Part shown: positions 63,765-64,000 of the stretch, piece by piece
Numbering within the stretch: the stretch's first letter is position 1
Layout of the letters: each line of letters starts with the position of its first letter
Program-made: the position numbers and the translations under genes
Assembly (NCBI RefSeq): GCF_001194135.2
Contig: NC_068993.1
Coordinates: forward strand, 25,861,432-25,925,431
Direction: 5' to 3'
Source: Octopus bimaculoides
Lineage: Eukaryota
DNA: 64,000 bases
Notes under the pieces: generated by a model
The model's input: only the letters and a program-made list of their open reading frames with translations
Database searches by the model: none
Told to the model about the DNA's origin: nothing

Positions 63765-64000
63765 ATCATCATCATCATCATCATCATCGTTTAACGTCCG
63801 CTTTCCATGCTAGCATGGGTTGGACGATTTGACTGAGGACTGGTGAAACCGGATGGCAACACCAGGCTCCAGTCTGATTTGGCAGAGTTTCTACAGCTGG
63901 ATGCCCTTCCTAACGCCAACCACTCAGAGAGTGTAGTGGGTGCTTTTACGTGTCACCCGCACGAAAACGGCCACGCTCGAAATGGTGTCTTTTATGTGCC
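63765..64000 (-). mobile_element. RTE LINE 3' end, young CpG-rich copy
   Basis: (CAT)n then CGTTTAACGTCCGCTTTCCATGCTAGCATGGGTTGGACG; homologous to 60380-60560. Confidence 0.85.

Overview
AT-rich animal genomic DNA from a draft assembly, with nine N-gaps and many microsatellites. It is not prokaryotic. The SINE families and repeat landscape resemble an Octopus genome; this is an inference from remembered repeat sequences, not from a search. Only one host coding exon is well supported: a 129-bp phase 1-1 calcium-binding EGF exon on the minus strand (9299-9427). Three weaker, phase-compatible minus-strand exon candidates lie at 19.9, 20.3-20.6 and 40.2 kb, so the window is probably mostly intron of one large extracellular-protein gene. 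The rest is decayed transposons: Tc1 (DD34E), maT (DD37D), Tigger/pogo, piggyBac-type MITEs, RTE, CR1-like, Tx1-like and Dong/R4 LINEs, Penelope-like elements, an internally deleted Ty3/Gypsy, over 25 tRNA-derived SINEs and a CpG-decayed 5S rRNA pseudogene. Most interesting: (1) a 58.8-60.3 kb cluster of nested palindromes, including a ~750-bp foldback with a hammerhead-ribozyme-like core in each arm; (2) a triple nest at 46.4-52.4 kb (Gypsy in Tigger in Dong/R4) whose LTR pair records CpG deamination; (3) a pre-miRNA-like hairpin at 34968-35021; (4) inverted SINEs flanking the symmetric EGF exon. None is shown to be a new system. TE boundaries are approximate unless a junction is quoted.
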